Assembly: GCA_002495645.1 (NCBI GenBank)
Contig: DAGF01000067.1
Coordinates: forward strand, 1-52,136
Direction: 5' to 3'
DNA: 52,136 nucleotides
Origin: Euryarchaeota archaeon UBA549
GTDB taxonomy: Archaea > Thermoplasmatota > Poseidoniia > Poseidoniales > Poseidoniaceae
Shown here: one piece after another, positions 25,700 through 34,954 of the stretch
Position numbering within the stretch: position 1 is the first letter of the stretch
How the letters are laid out: each line of letters opens with the position of its first letter
The notes under the pieces: generated by a model
What the model was told of the DNA's origin: nothing
The model's database searches: none
The model's input: only the letters and a program-made list of their open reading frames with translations
Program-made: the position numbers and the translations under genes

Positions 25700-26238
25700 G
25701 GGATGAAGACCTGCTCTCGGAAGTACTTCAACTCCTCAATGGATTCAAGAATGTCATCAAGGGCAAGATGGGCCCCCTTCTTCGGGAATCGGGGAATATC
25801 GGTGTACCATCGCCTGCTCAATTCCTTAACCGTAGAGACATCAATCATTCTGTAGTGGAGGAAATCCAACAATTCTGGCATTTCCTTGGCGAGGAATTGC
25901 CGGTCGTTCCAAACGCTGTTGCCACAAAGGGGGGCTTTGTTTTCATCCACCCATTCTCGGAGGAAGGCGAGGGTGGCTTGTTCGGCTTCTCCTGCGCTGA
26001 CACCCTCCTTGCGGATTCTATCCACCAAGCCACTGCGGTGGTGGTGGGTGGTGTTCCATTCGTCCATGCCATCAATGAGGGATTCTGAAACACTGATGGC
26101 AAGGTTTGGACCTGTGGCGAGGACGTTCAACTCACTGTCGGTGACGACGGTAGCGATTTCGATGATCGATTCTCGTGACACGTCAAGGCCTGTCATCTCA
26201 AGGTCAATCCAGACCATGCGTTGCTCTCGCTTGTCCAT
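25690..26238 (-). CDS. orn: oligoribonuclease (DEDDh 3'-5' exonuclease)
   Basis: It aligns closely with E. coli Orn: MVWIDLEMTGLD, IIEIATVVTD, PLCGNSVWNDRQFL, MPELLDFLHYRMIDVSTVKEL, HLALDDILESIEELKYFRE. Confidence 0.9.
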   Translation of the reverse strand: MDKREQRMVWIDLEMTGLDVSRESIIEIATVVTDSELNVLATGPNLAISVSESLIDGMDEWNTTHHHRSGLVDRIRKEGVSAGEAEQATLAFLREWVDENKAPLCGNSVWNDRQFLAKEMPELLDFLHYRMIDVSTVKELSRRWYTDIPRFPKKGAHLALDDILESIEELKYFREQVFIPQS

Positions 26239-26290
26239 GCCTTATTGGCAAAGGCGGCGGGTCTTGATTCTTCGCCGAAGAACGAGCGAC

Positions 26291-29200
26291 TCACGCGTTT
26301 GAGTTGTCGGTCTCAAACGTCAGCATGATCTGGCCGTTTGGCCCGAAAGCGACGACTGGAACATACCCTTCATGCGGCGTTTGTTCAAGCGAACTGAGAA
26401 TGTTCTGAACGGCATCCTTTGGTAGGCGCAATGCGAAGCCTTCGCCGGTGTCCAAGAGGCCACTGTGGGCTTTCTTCGGCTTGGGGGCTTGAACAGGCTT
26501 CGTTTCCTCGACCTTTTGGTCAACGACTGGTTCGGAGGCCGTCTCTTCTTCCTCATCCTCTGCATCATCAACAAGGTCAATCTCGAGGTCGTCCTCCTCC
26601 TCCACGGCTTCATCAAGCACTTCAAGGTCAGCATCGTCCTCTTCCTCTTCGAGATCCAACGCAGCCAGCTCAGCTTCCAATTCGTCGTCTTCTTCATCAT
26701 CAACCCCTGCATCCAAATCGACCATGGCGGGGATGTTCTTCGGGCCGTCGTCGGTTGAACCTGGATCTTCATATTCAGCCATTTCATAGATGCCGTCTTC
26801 TTCGTTCATGCGCTGCATGAACAAGAATGAGAATCCGAGGGCGACCATGCCCGTTAGAACAATGCCGATGGCGTTGTAGATATCACTCTCGAGCGAATTT
26901 GCGAACAAGAAGGCGGTGAGGATGGAACCGTAGCCCCCCACGCCTCGACGCCATCGAGCGTCGGCTTCGTCGCTGAACCCTTGGATGCCGATAACAACCA
27001 GATAAACCGTGGTCAGCAAGTAGGCAATGGACTCCAAGTTGACGCTGTCGAAAGCAACGAACAAACCGATGATGGTGTAGAGTGCACCGCTGACGCCCAA
27101 GCGGTCCATGAAGGCAAAGAAGGACTCGTCGGAATCCCACTTCAACGCCTTGTAATCGTAAACCATGTCGTCCCTCGCGGAGAGGAGCGAGAGCAGGAGG
27201 CCTTGGACGGCGAGGGTCATTCCGGTGATGGTTTGACGTTGGTCATCCGTGCCGACCTCGGCTTGCACCAGCAAGTTGACGACGCTGAACGTCAAGAGAA
27301 TTGGCAAAGCGATGATGCTGTTCGGACGACCGTCCTTGAGGGCGGAACGTGCCAAGAGGACCAGACCGATCACGGGGCCGATACCAAAGAACACAGAATA
27401 CCCGCCAACATAGCCCAAAGCACCGAGTTGCAGGGCAAGAGAGGCCGTTGAATCAGCGAGGTTGATGTCTTCCTCGGTGGTTGGAGGCGTTCGGAACAAA
27501 ACCCCGCGTTGGTGCATGATGGCCATTGCGCTACCGGTCAATCCCGTGATCATCCCGCTCCAGCCAATGGCATCCGCTTCGGTAATCGGCTGGAAGGTTT
27601 CACTGAGCGAGAACCCGATGTAAAGCGAAACAAAGAGTGCTCCGAGCATGTAAGGGAAGGTTTGGCTGTTGTTGGTGAACCAGAAGTAAGGCAGCAACAC
27701 GAAACAGGCCAAGGTCGGCAGCCAGTAACCGTCGGGTATGGCGCTGAACAAGGCGATAGCCAGCCAAATCCCCATGATGAACATGGTGAAACTCGATTCC
27801 AATTCATCGTCTTCAGAAGTGTAGAGTCGGGACAATCCAAAGAGCATTTGTGTGCCAATGATCAATCCGATGAACGCAGGGAACGGTCCTGCATGGTCGT
27901 CCAAGAGGTATGTTCGCACGCTATCGGGAGCACCCTCCAGCATCGTGTTGAACAAGCCGTGCGAATACCATCCTTGGCCCAAGAACACCAACACCAAGGG
28001 CATCAAGGAAAGCAGGAGGTAGAACTTGAACTGGACAACACGCATCGTCACCAACAGCAGAATCGGCAACAGGAGCAGGCCACCAGATGTATCGAGCATG
28101 GCCAGCAGGAGGAGCATGACATAGGCGACGCCATCGCTCATTCGGTCCAACTCGTTCGTGTCAATTCCGCGCCGAGCGATGACGGTGTTGACGATGATGG
28201 GGGCGCTGACGAGAATCAGGTCCAACAACACGTTTGACATTTGGATGTCGGCCGAAGTGCCCCAGACATTGTCTCCCAGAGCTAGGGAAAGAGGTGCTGC
28301 AATCAGGAGCAGGAGCGTGACGGCCGTGGCCCGAGTTGCCGAGCTGATGCTGGCCATGGCGAGCACTTCTCGGATGAGCATACCAACAGGGATGACCATG
28401 AGCAGAACGAGGGCGGGTTGGTCGGACCAAGTGGAGGCGTTGACATTGCTCACGGAGAAGGTGAACATCATCAATGAAGAGAGGAGGCTGAACCGAGCCA
28501 AAGGCGTAAGTTCGCCATCCTCAATGACTGCATCGAGATCTTTTTCCTTGGGGTCCTGAATTTCCCAAACATTCGTATTAGGATTGTAAATGAGTTCATC
28601 TTGGTTGCCGATGCCGAACCAGTGATAGATGGAACCAACATCAAGTTCCTTGCCTGCTGCTTTTGCTGCGAGGAAGTACAGCACCAGACTCACCACGAAG
28701 AATTGAGGGCGGAGCCCCATCGCGACGATATCATCAAAGACAGAACTCGGTGGGAGTTTGAGGTTGTCCAAGGCGGCGAGAAGCAAAACAGTGACCGATG
28801 TAAATGCGAGTGCGAGCGTGATGTCTTTGCGTTGCTTCATGTTTGGCGAGGGGTACTGAAGCATCATGCTGTAGCTCATGAAGGCCATGTACGCCACCAA
28901 GAGCCAAGGCAAGAACCACTCTGGGTCCAACACGGCTCTGGATAACACAACGGAGCCAAGCATCGCCAAACTGGTGCTCGTCTGGATTTTTCCAGTCCTT
29001 CGTCCGGCCTCGGAGACAGCGACCAAGAAGATGGGGAGCAACACGTGTAGCCACGTTCCACCGTACGTATCTTGGGCGGTCAAATCTGCAGAGATGCCCA
29101 TCCAGTCGGTGATGAGGTACGAGCCACTGAAGGCGAGGATGGTGATGTTGATGACCCACGCCCGAGCAACCTTTGAGATGAACACCATGTAAGGAATCAT

Positions 29201-30415
29201 GATCATACTGAGCACCCAGGGCATGGTGGAGGTTTCAGGTGGCAAGGCCGCAAGGGCGACAGCGAGCCCCACGGGCATCCAAGGCACTCGTTGCTGGAGA
29301 ACGGCCGGGAAATAGGCCAGCAGAACCGTGACCCAAAGCGCCACTGGGATGTTAACATAGGCGGCGAGCTCGGGGTAATCACTTGCTCGGAACGGCCCGA
29401 GAATGAGGTTGAAATCAGGTTCAGTCCGGGCTAGCGCAATCGCTACGACCACGGTGCCGATGAGGACGGCTGATGCTCGTTCCATGACTTCCTTTCGAAG
29501 GTCTTGCCGGGAGGCGTAGTAGCCTTGCAGGGCGATGATGAACACCATCAGGGAAAGTGCTCCACCCATGCCGTCATCGGGGGCGTTGGTGTTCAACACC
29601 TCGTAGATGATGGGGACGATGCATGCCGCAACAGCGACCACGACAAAATTGAGGGCCCGGTTTGAACGCAGGGCCATCTCCATCGATACAAAGGAAATCA
29701 AGACGATGGCAAGGCCAAGTTCCCAACTGACTACACTTTCAGACCAGCGAATCCACGGGCCGACGCCAGCGATGAGCACGGCCATGGGAGCGTAGGTGGC
29801 GACGCCCCAGCCGAAACTCGTATCACCGCTGTATCGCCTGAGGAGAAGGAAGTGGCCGAAGGTCAACAGAAGGCAGGTGGCTGTTTGGGCGTAAATGCCG
29901 TTGGCATTTGGGGACCAATCCACTTCGGTGTAAGCATCGGGTGAACCAAACCAATCCAATTCGAGTGTTCCCGTGGCGTAACCCATCATGAATCGGGTGC
30001 CCCATAGCACACCGACCGTTGAGAAGAAAAAGGCAATGCCGAGGAAATAATTCTGAATGTCCTTGAGCCTGTACCCGTTCTTCTTTGATTGAAGTTCAAT
30101 CAATCCGATTGAAACCAAGAAGGATGCCAAACCACCCACGAAGAGCACCAAAAAGTTCTGATTGGTGGCGTCTTCGTCGAAAGCGACGCTAAATACACCT
30201 CCCCAGATGGCCAAGAAACCGATGCCCATCATGACGATTTGTGAGAGTTTCATCAAGAACAGGTCGTCTCGATTCATGGATTGATTGGGTTTGACCAATG
30301 TGATGCTTTCTTGGGGTGCATCAACGCCTTCAACCACGCCTCCAACGAATCCGGAGGAAGGGGTTGGTTGTGCTCGTGGTCGTACTGGGGCGACTCTTCT
30401 CTTTGGTGCTGCCAT
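26291..30415 (-). CDS. giant polytopic membrane protein (1374 aa, roughly 35 hydrophobic segments) with acidic C-terminal region; function unknown
   Basis: This is a long uninterrupted ORF. It has a basic N-terminus (MAAPKRRVAPVRPRAQ), then hydrophobic segments with short loops through about residue 1150. An approximately 150-aa D/E-rich tract follows (DDEEDDELEAELAALDLEEEEDDADLEVLDEAVEEEDD). The protein ends in a ~65-aa globular-looking segment (GFALRLPKDAVQNILSSLEQTPHEGYVPVVAFGPNGQIMLTFE). Confidence 0.85.
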   Translation of the reverse strand: MAAPKRRVAPVRPRAQPTPSSGFVGGVVEGVDAPQESITLVKPNQSMNRDDLFLMKLSQIVMMGIGFLAIWGGVFSVAFDEDATNQNFLVLFVGGLASFLVSIGLIELQSKKNGYRLKDIQNYFLGIAFFFSTVGVLWGTRFMMGYATGTLELDWFGSPDAYTEVDWSPNANGIYAQTATCLLLTFGHFLLLRRYSGDTSFGWGVATYAPMAVLIAGVGPWIRWSESVVSWELGLAIVLISFVSMEMALRSNRALNFVVVAVAACIVPIIYEVLNTNAPDDGMGGALSLMVFIIALQGYYASRQDLRKEVMERASAVLIGTVVVAIALARTEPDFNLILGPFRASDYPELAAYVNIPVALWVTVLLAYFPAVLQQRVPWMPVGLAVALAALPPETSTMPWVLSMIMIPYMVFISKVARAWVINITILAFSGSYLITDWMGISADLTAQDTYGGTWLHVLLPIFLVAVSEAGRRTGKIQTSTSLAMLGSVVLSRAVLDPEWFLPWLLVAYMAFMSYSMMLQYPSPNMKQRKDITLALAFTSVTVLLLAALDNLKLPPSSVFDDIVAMGLRPQFFVVSLVLYFLAAKAAGKELDVGSIYHWFGIGNQDELIYNPNTNVWEIQDPKEKDLDAVIEDGELTPLARFSLLSSLMMFTFSVSNVNASTWSDQPALVLLMVIPVGMLIREVLAMASISSATRATAVTLLLLIAAPLSLALGDNVWGTSADIQMSNVLLDLILVSAPIIVNTVIARRGIDTNELDRMSDGVAYVMLLLLAMLDTSGGLLLLPILLLVTMRVVQFKFYLLLSLMPLVLVFLGQGWYSHGLFNTMLEGAPDSVRTYLLDDHAGPFPAFIGLIIGTQMLFGLSRLYTSEDDELESSFTMFIMGIWLAIALFSAIPDGYWLPTLACFVLLPYFWFTNNSQTFPYMLGALFVSLYIGFSLSETFQPITEADAIGWSGMITGLTGSAMAIMHQRGVLFRTPPTTEEDINLADSTASLALQLGALGYVGGYSVFFGIGPVIGLVLLARSALKDGRPNSIIALPILLTFSVVNLLVQAEVGTDDQRQTITGMTLAVQGLLLSLLSARDDMVYDYKALKWDSDESFFAFMDRLGVSGALYTIIGLFVAFDSVNLESIAYLLTTVYLVVIGIQGFSDEADARWRRGVGGYGSILTAFLFANSLESDIYNAIGIVLTGMVALGFSFLFMQRMNEEDGIYEMAEYEDPGSTDDGPKNIPAMVDLDAGVDDEEDDELEAELAALDLEEEEDDADLEVLDEAVEEEDDLEIDLVDDAEDEEEETASEPVVDQKVEETKPVQAPKPKKAHSGLLDTGEGFALRLPKDAVQNILSSLEQTPHEGYVPVVAFGPNGQIMLTFETDNSNA

Positions 30416-30572
30416 GTGAATCAGTCTAAAAATCGTCAGTCTACACTTAATATTTCACCCGCGAACCCCTGCGAGAACCCCAAGTTGAGTGCGATTCCTA
30501 GAAGGCGGAGGCTAACACGGTTACAATGACTTGAAAACCTGCCAATGGCTGGGGTGAAGTGAGGAGAATTTT

Positions 30573-32561
30573 ATGAAACGCTCGTTGCTCTGTGTGTTTT
30601 GCTTTTTCTTGATGCTCGCACCCGCTTTTGCCATGGCGATGCCGGTGCAATCTTCGGTCGAAGAACCGGTGGAAGATGGCTGGTGGATTGACACATCCCT
30701 TGATCGAAATCAGAACAATATCGGCGATATGGTTGAAAAATATCACGATCATCCGCTTTTCCTTGATGAGGACAACACACTTCCCCTCATCATTGACTTT
30801 GACCATACGCCTACCGACGGCGATGTGGCCATGCTTGAACGAGAGGTCGGATACGTCCACCAGTGGAACCTACCTCGCATCGATGCCGTGGCGGGTCGTG
30901 TTCCCCACGCCATGATTCTCGAGACCACGACGCTGCCCGGAGTGGTTATGCTCGAACTTGACGGCATCCTCCAGGTGCAAAACGGTGATGCAGCCGTCGT
31001 GCACGAGGTTGACCTTGCTCAACAGCAAACAGGGTACGACGGCTCCGGCGTCAGTGTTGCAGTCATTGATACGGGCATCGACAGCCTCCACGTTGGGCTT
31101 GACGACCACGACGATGACAACAGCACCCACGATCCGAAGGTGATTGCGTTTTATGATCCCGTGAACAACCCTGACAAAACCAACGGCACTGAAATCCAAG
31201 CCTACGATGACCAAGGCCACGGAACACATTGTGCGGGAACCGTTGCAGGAACGGGCGCACCCACCTTCGAACACCCGGGAATGGCTCCACAAGCCAATCT
31301 TGTCGGCGTGAAAGTGTTGGATTCCGGTGGTTCGGGAAGTTTCTCTGTCGTGATGGCCGGAATGGAGTGGACCGTTGAAAATCGGTACAAATTCAACATC
31401 CGTGCTGCATCCATGAGTCTTGGAGGGCCGGGGCCAATAGAGTGGACGTCGTCTGAAGAAGACAGCGTCAACCGCTATGCTAACGAGATGGTCCGAGCGG
31501 GTATTAGTATGCTCATTGCCGCTGGAAATTCGGCAGCCCCAGGCACCATTGGAACGCCCGGTGGCGCAGAAGATGTCATTACAGTCGGAGCACTCAACAA
31601 AAACACGGCCATTGCAGAATACAGTAGTGAGGGGCCAACCGAAGAAGGCCGAGTGAAACCCAATGTGGCCTTCGTCGGTTCGGATGTGATGTCTGCTCAA
31701 CACAACTCGGGTGATGGATATGTTGCCTTCAGCGGCACCAGCATGGCGACACCGGGTGTTGCGGGGACCGTTGCCTTGATGTTGCAGGCAAATCCTGACT
31801 TATCGCCCTTTGATGTGCGAAACATTCTCCAAGAAACAGCCACATATCGAGAGTGCCACTACATGGCTGCCAATCAACCGTGTGCCGAAGATTTGATTCC
31901 AAAGAATCGGCAAAACAATGTTTACGGCCACGGACACGTAGAGGCACTGGCTGCGGTCATGGAAGCGGCCCAACGGGACTATCAACTCGACACCTCAATC
32001 TCCATCACCATCACCACTGAGGCAGGAATCGACGATCGCATCCACCTCATGCCAGGCGATGCAATCGAGGTTGACCTGAGCGGAGATGTTGATACTTTCC
32101 AGTGGCGCAGTAATCATCTGCGTGATGACTGGGCAAATCTCCACACCTTTGACGAAGGCGATGAGAAAGCTACACTTGATTTGACCACCATCGTTAACCA
32201 ACTTGAGCATCTTCCGGGAATCGAAGTTGAAGGCAATCACACCCTCTCTCTGCGAGGTTTAATCGCCAATGAGAGCGATGGACATTCTTCCTCGGCCCTC
32301 GTATCCGTGAATGTGATGCTGATGGACACGGCCAATGCGAAATCCTATGGCGAGAACAGCGGTGATGGTTTGTTTGGCGACCTCCCCACATGGGTTGGTC
32401 CCGTTGTCATCCTCTTCCTCGTGGCTTTGGTTATCTTTGGGATGATCCTCATCAACAAGGTCGAGGACGCTGCAGAGGTTGAGGTCTTGGACTGGTCAAA
32501 ACCAGATGAGGACATTGATGCCGTTGTTGTTGGGCATCTTGAAGCCGAAATTTTGGATTGA
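30573..32561 (+). CDS. subtilisin-like S8 serine protease, secreted, C-terminally membrane-anchored
   Basis: The catalytic triad motifs are VAVIDTGID (Asp), HGTHCAGTVAG (His) and GTSMATPGVAG (Ser). It has an N-terminal signal peptide and a C-terminal TM, VGPVVILFLVALVIFGMILI. A GAGGAG run lies upstream of the ATG. Confidence 0.92.
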   Translation: MKRSLLCVFCFFLMLAPAFAMAMPVQSSVEEPVEDGWWIDTSLDRNQNNIGDMVEKYHDHPLFLDEDNTLPLIIDFDHTPTDGDVAMLEREVGYVHQWNLPRIDAVAGRVPHAMILETTTLPGVVMLELDGILQVQNGDAAVVHEVDLAQQQTGYDGSGVSVAVIDTGIDSLHVGLDDHDDDNSTHDPKVIAFYDPVNNPDKTNGTEIQAYDDQGHGTHCAGTVAGTGAPTFEHPGMAPQANLVGVKVLDSGGSGSFSVVMAGMEWTVENRYKFNIRAASMSLGGPGPIEWTSSEEDSVNRYANEMVRAGISMLIAAGNSAAPGTIGTPGGAEDVITVGALNKNTAIAEYSSEGPTEEGRVKPNVAFVGSDVMSAQHNSGDGYVAFSGTSMATPGVAGTVALMLQANPDLSPFDVRNILQETATYRECHYMAANQPCAEDLIPKNRQNNVYGHGHVEALAAVMEAAQRDYQLDTSISITITTEAGIDDRIHLMPGDAIEVDLSGDVDTFQWRSNHLRDDWANLHTFDEGDEKATLDLTTIVNQLEHLPGIEVEGNHTLSLRGLIANESDGHSSSALVSVNVMLMDTANAKSYGENSGDGLFGDLPTWVGPVVILFLVALVIFGMILINKVEDAAEVEVLDWSKPDEDIDAVVVGHLEAEILD

Positions 32562-32566
32562 AGTGG

Positions 32567-33100
32567 TCAAGCTGCTGCACTGGCTTCGTTCCACTTTTCA
32601 AGAATCGTGGCACTGTCGTCCATGCGCCCTTCGTGTAGGTAGGTGATTTCACCTGCTCCGTTCACAAAGGCAAGCGAGCCTGGTCGAGTGATGTCCAATG
32701 CCGTCGTGACATCGCTTCCTTTCATGAAGGCATAAGTGGTCAGTTCGACCCTTGTATCACCCTCTTCGTCGTCATGGGCGTTGGCCGAGTCATGCCATTC
32801 ACTCAAACTCAATCCGCCTGCATTTTCTGCAGGATCGGTGGACATAACCAAGACAGGAAGTTCAGGTTGTGTTTCCCAAATTGCATGCATGGTTGTGAAA
32901 CAGGGGTTGTTGCACCATTCAGCGGAGAAGATCACAATGAAGGCATTTCCCGACATACGCTCGTTGTCGTATGTTTGGTTGTCATCAGCAACCTCTGAGA
33001 AGTTAGGAAACACCAGTGTTTTTTCCTCCTCTTCGCCTGTGCAACCCGTCAGCGGGGCAGCGATGAGAAGGATGAGAATCAGCGCGTGTATTTTGGCCAT
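32567..33100 (-). CDS. thioredoxin-fold (TlpA/redoxin-like) lipoprotein with atypical WCNNPC motif
   Basis: ATG 33100 gives MAKIHALILILLIAAPLTGC, a signal peptide plus lipobox. FIVIFSAEWCNNPCFTTM occupies the position of the FWASWCxxC redoxin motif. Confidence 0.6.
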   Translation of the reverse strand: MAKIHALILILLIAAPLTGCTGEEEEKTLVFPNFSEVADDNQTYDNERMSGNAFIVIFSAEWCNNPCFTTMHAIWETQPELPVLVMSTDPAENAGGLSLSEWHDSANAHDDEEGDTRVELTTYAFMKGSDVTTALDITRPGSLAFVNGAGEITYLHEGRMDDSATILEKWNEASAAA

Positions 33101-33225
33101 GGAGTTCTTACATGTCCGTTGCTTATTCAAACCTTGCTCCCGCCGTCAGTTGGAGCGCTTATTTTGCATAACCGGTGAAAAAAGGGGGGAACAAAAGCCA
33201 TTAGTCTAGCCAAGATAGGGGACTC

Positions 33226-34287
33226 ATGAATGCATTGGGCCGAGGCATCATTCTTTTGCTTGCTTTGATTTTACTCGCCCCAGTTTCGGCTCAGTCCGGT
33301 GACTCAACAACATGCGTATCCGGAACGTCTACTGAGGACAGGCAGGGTTGTTTGGATTCGGACGGCGATGGATGGTCGGACCCCGATGAAGATTGGAACG
33401 AGAGCATGGGTGCCGACGCCTTCCCCGACAACGCTTCCGAACATAGGGACCTTGATGGTGATGGACTCGGGGATGTCGCCGACCCTGACATGGACAATGA
33501 CGGTGCATTGGATGAGGTGGATGTGTGGCCCGAGATTCCTGAACTTTGGTCCGACATCGACGGCGATGGCTACGCTGACCAAGGGCTTCATCCGATGAGC
33601 GATAATTGCCCGAACATCTACGGAAAGAGCAAGATTCGATTGAAGGGTTGTTCGGACATCGACGGCGATTTCGTACCAGATGAATACGACGATGACGCTG
33701 ACGGTGACGGTATTCGAAACGAGATGGAACGTTCTGCATCATCCGGGACCATTCTCTACGACCCTTACAATCCGGATTCCACGCCCCCAGATGCAGACCA
33801 AGACACCATTCCAGATGTGCTTGATTCCGACAACGACAACGATGGATGGCCCGATTACATTGAAATCGACCGAGGGTCAAACATCTACGACGATGAGGAA
33901 ACGCCATTTACGATGTACTTTGGCTCAAACACCGGCATTTTCTACACGGGCGGTCTTGGTCCAGGTTCGTTCAGTTTTGAGTACGATTCAGATTACACAG
34001 AACTCTCGGTTTCCGTGATCAGTGAAATCGTGTTTGAAGAACTGGTCATTCCGCTCCTTTTGGTCCCAATTTATTTCGCTGTCTTTCTCTCGCGCCGTCG
34101 TGAATTCGGTCGTCTTCTCAGGGAGATTGATGCTGCAAAAACCATTGATGTTTTGCGTGATATTGAGGCCGAGGTCAACGAAGCGGTCAAGCAGCGCAGC
34201 ATCAAGGTCTACCACGGACTGGTGTTGAGGAACGCGATTGAACTCAACGAAGCCGAGTTCAACGGAGAGTGCATTGAAGAGGAATAA
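33226..34287 (+). CDS. secreted Ca-binding protein with thrombospondin-type-3-like DxDxDG repeats and a C-terminal TM plus cytoplasmic helical tail
   Basis: It has a signal peptide (LLALILLAPVSAQ). The repeats are DSDGDGWSDPDED, DLDGDGLGDVADPDMDNDGALDEVD, DIDGDGYAD, DIDGDFVPDEYDDDADGDGIRNE and DSDNDNDGWPDYIE. The TM segment is LVIPLLLVPIYFAVFL. Confidence 0.78.
   Translation: MNALGRGIILLLALILLAPVSAQSGDSTTCVSGTSTEDRQGCLDSDGDGWSDPDEDWNESMGADAFPDNASEHRDLDGDGLGDVADPDMDNDGALDEVDVWPEIPELWSDIDGDGYADQGLHPMSDNCPNIYGKSKIRLKGCSDIDGDFVPDEYDDDADGDGIRNEMERSASSGTILYDPYNPDSTPPDADQDTIPDVLDSDNDNDGWPDYIEIDRGSNIYDDEETPFTMYFGSNTGIFYTGGLGPGSFSFEYDSDYTELSVSVISEIVFEELVIPLLLVPIYFAVFLSRRREFGRLLREIDAAKTIDVLRDIEAEVNEAVKQRSIKVYHGLVLRNAIELNEAEFNGECIEEE
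33355..33870 (+). repeat. array of degenerate DxDxDG Ca-binding (TSP3-like) repeats within the CDS
   Basis: At least five Asp-rich loops are read in the translation, at residues ~44-215 of the 33226 gene. Confidence 0.7.
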
Positions 34288-34319
34288 GAGGCCACAGGCC
34301 CCCAATTATCAAAGAGTCC

Positions 34320-34949
34320 ATGGACTACGGCAAGGCAGGGACGACCATGGTGGGCGATGAGCATGTTTCGATGATTCCTGCGCCCGAAGGAAAACGGTGG
34401 TCCGCCACCGTCAACGGTCAGCCATACGAGGTCCTCGCGCCAAGCAACGCTGTCCTGCTCGATGTGCTACGAGACAAGGTGGGTACGCTTGGCGTGAAGC
34501 GGGGATGTGATTTGGGAACGTGCGGTTGTTGCACCGTGATGATTGACGGGGTTCCAAAATTGTCTTGCCTCACCCTTGCGGGACAAGTTCAGGGCGCCGA
34601 TATCATCACGGTTGAGGGTCTTTCAGACGGTGCACATCTCGCTCCAATCCAAACGTGTTTTGCCACCCACGGTGGTTCCCAGTGCGGCTTTTGCACACCT
34701 GGTTTCTTGGTCGCCTCGCAGGCTTTGCTCAACGAGAACGACAACCCGAGCCGAGAGGAAATTGCCTGCGCGATTGAAGGCAATCTCTGCCGTTGCACTG
34801 GTTATCAACAAATCATCGACTCCATCGAGGCCGCCGCTGCCATTCACCGGGGGGACGTTGCCGCACCTGCGCCTGCAAGCGACCCCCATCCCGACCCACA
34901 CCCCTCCGGTCCAGAGGAGCCCACGATGCCGCCCGGCCATGCGAAGTGA
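34320..34949 (+). CDS. molybdenum hydroxylase small subunit, [2Fe-2S]-binding (CoxS/XdhC-iron-sulfur type)
   Basis: It has two Fe-S cysteine clusters: GCDLGTCGCCTV, then CGFCTPGF and CRCTGY. A Pro-rich C-terminal tail follows (PAPASDPHPDPHPSGPEEP). Confidence 0.9.
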   Translation: MDYGKAGTTMVGDEHVSMIPAPEGKRWSATVNGQPYEVLAPSNAVLLDVLRDKVGTLGVKRGCDLGTCGCCTVMIDGVPKLSCLTLAGQVQGADIITVEGLSDGAHLAPIQTCFATHGGSQCGFCTPGFLVASQALLNENDNPSREEIACAIEGNLCRCTGYQQIIDSIEAAAAIHRGDVAAPAPASDPHPDPHPSGPEEPTMPPGHAK

Positions 34950-34954
34950 TCATC

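Noticed and set aside
30422-30482. Short direct repeats in the divergent promoter between the giant membrane gene and the protease gene: CAGTCTA twice 15 nt apart, and GCGAACCCC / GCGAGAACCCC adjacent.
   Set aside because: At 7-9 nt with only two copies each, they are well within chance expectation. They could be operator half-sites but cannot be supported without comparative data.
33329-33907. A 192-aa minus-strand ORF antisense to the TSP3-repeat gene.
   Set aside because: It is Arg/His/Cys-rich nonsense generated by antisense reading of GAY-rich Asp codons. The plus frame has a signal peptide and regular DxDxDG repeats.
34793-34954. Long N-terminal extensions in the ORF track. Examples are 34793 for the Mo large subunit, 12758 for trxB, 3429 for ribL, 24406 for the orphan at 23345 and 4654 for ribH.
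   Set aside because: The extensions overlap neighbouring genes or divergent promoters and translate to Arg/Pro/Cys-rich sequence unlike the family N-termini. Internal ATGs at 34955, 13004, 3687, 24115 and 4744 give canonical N-termini and tight operon spacing.
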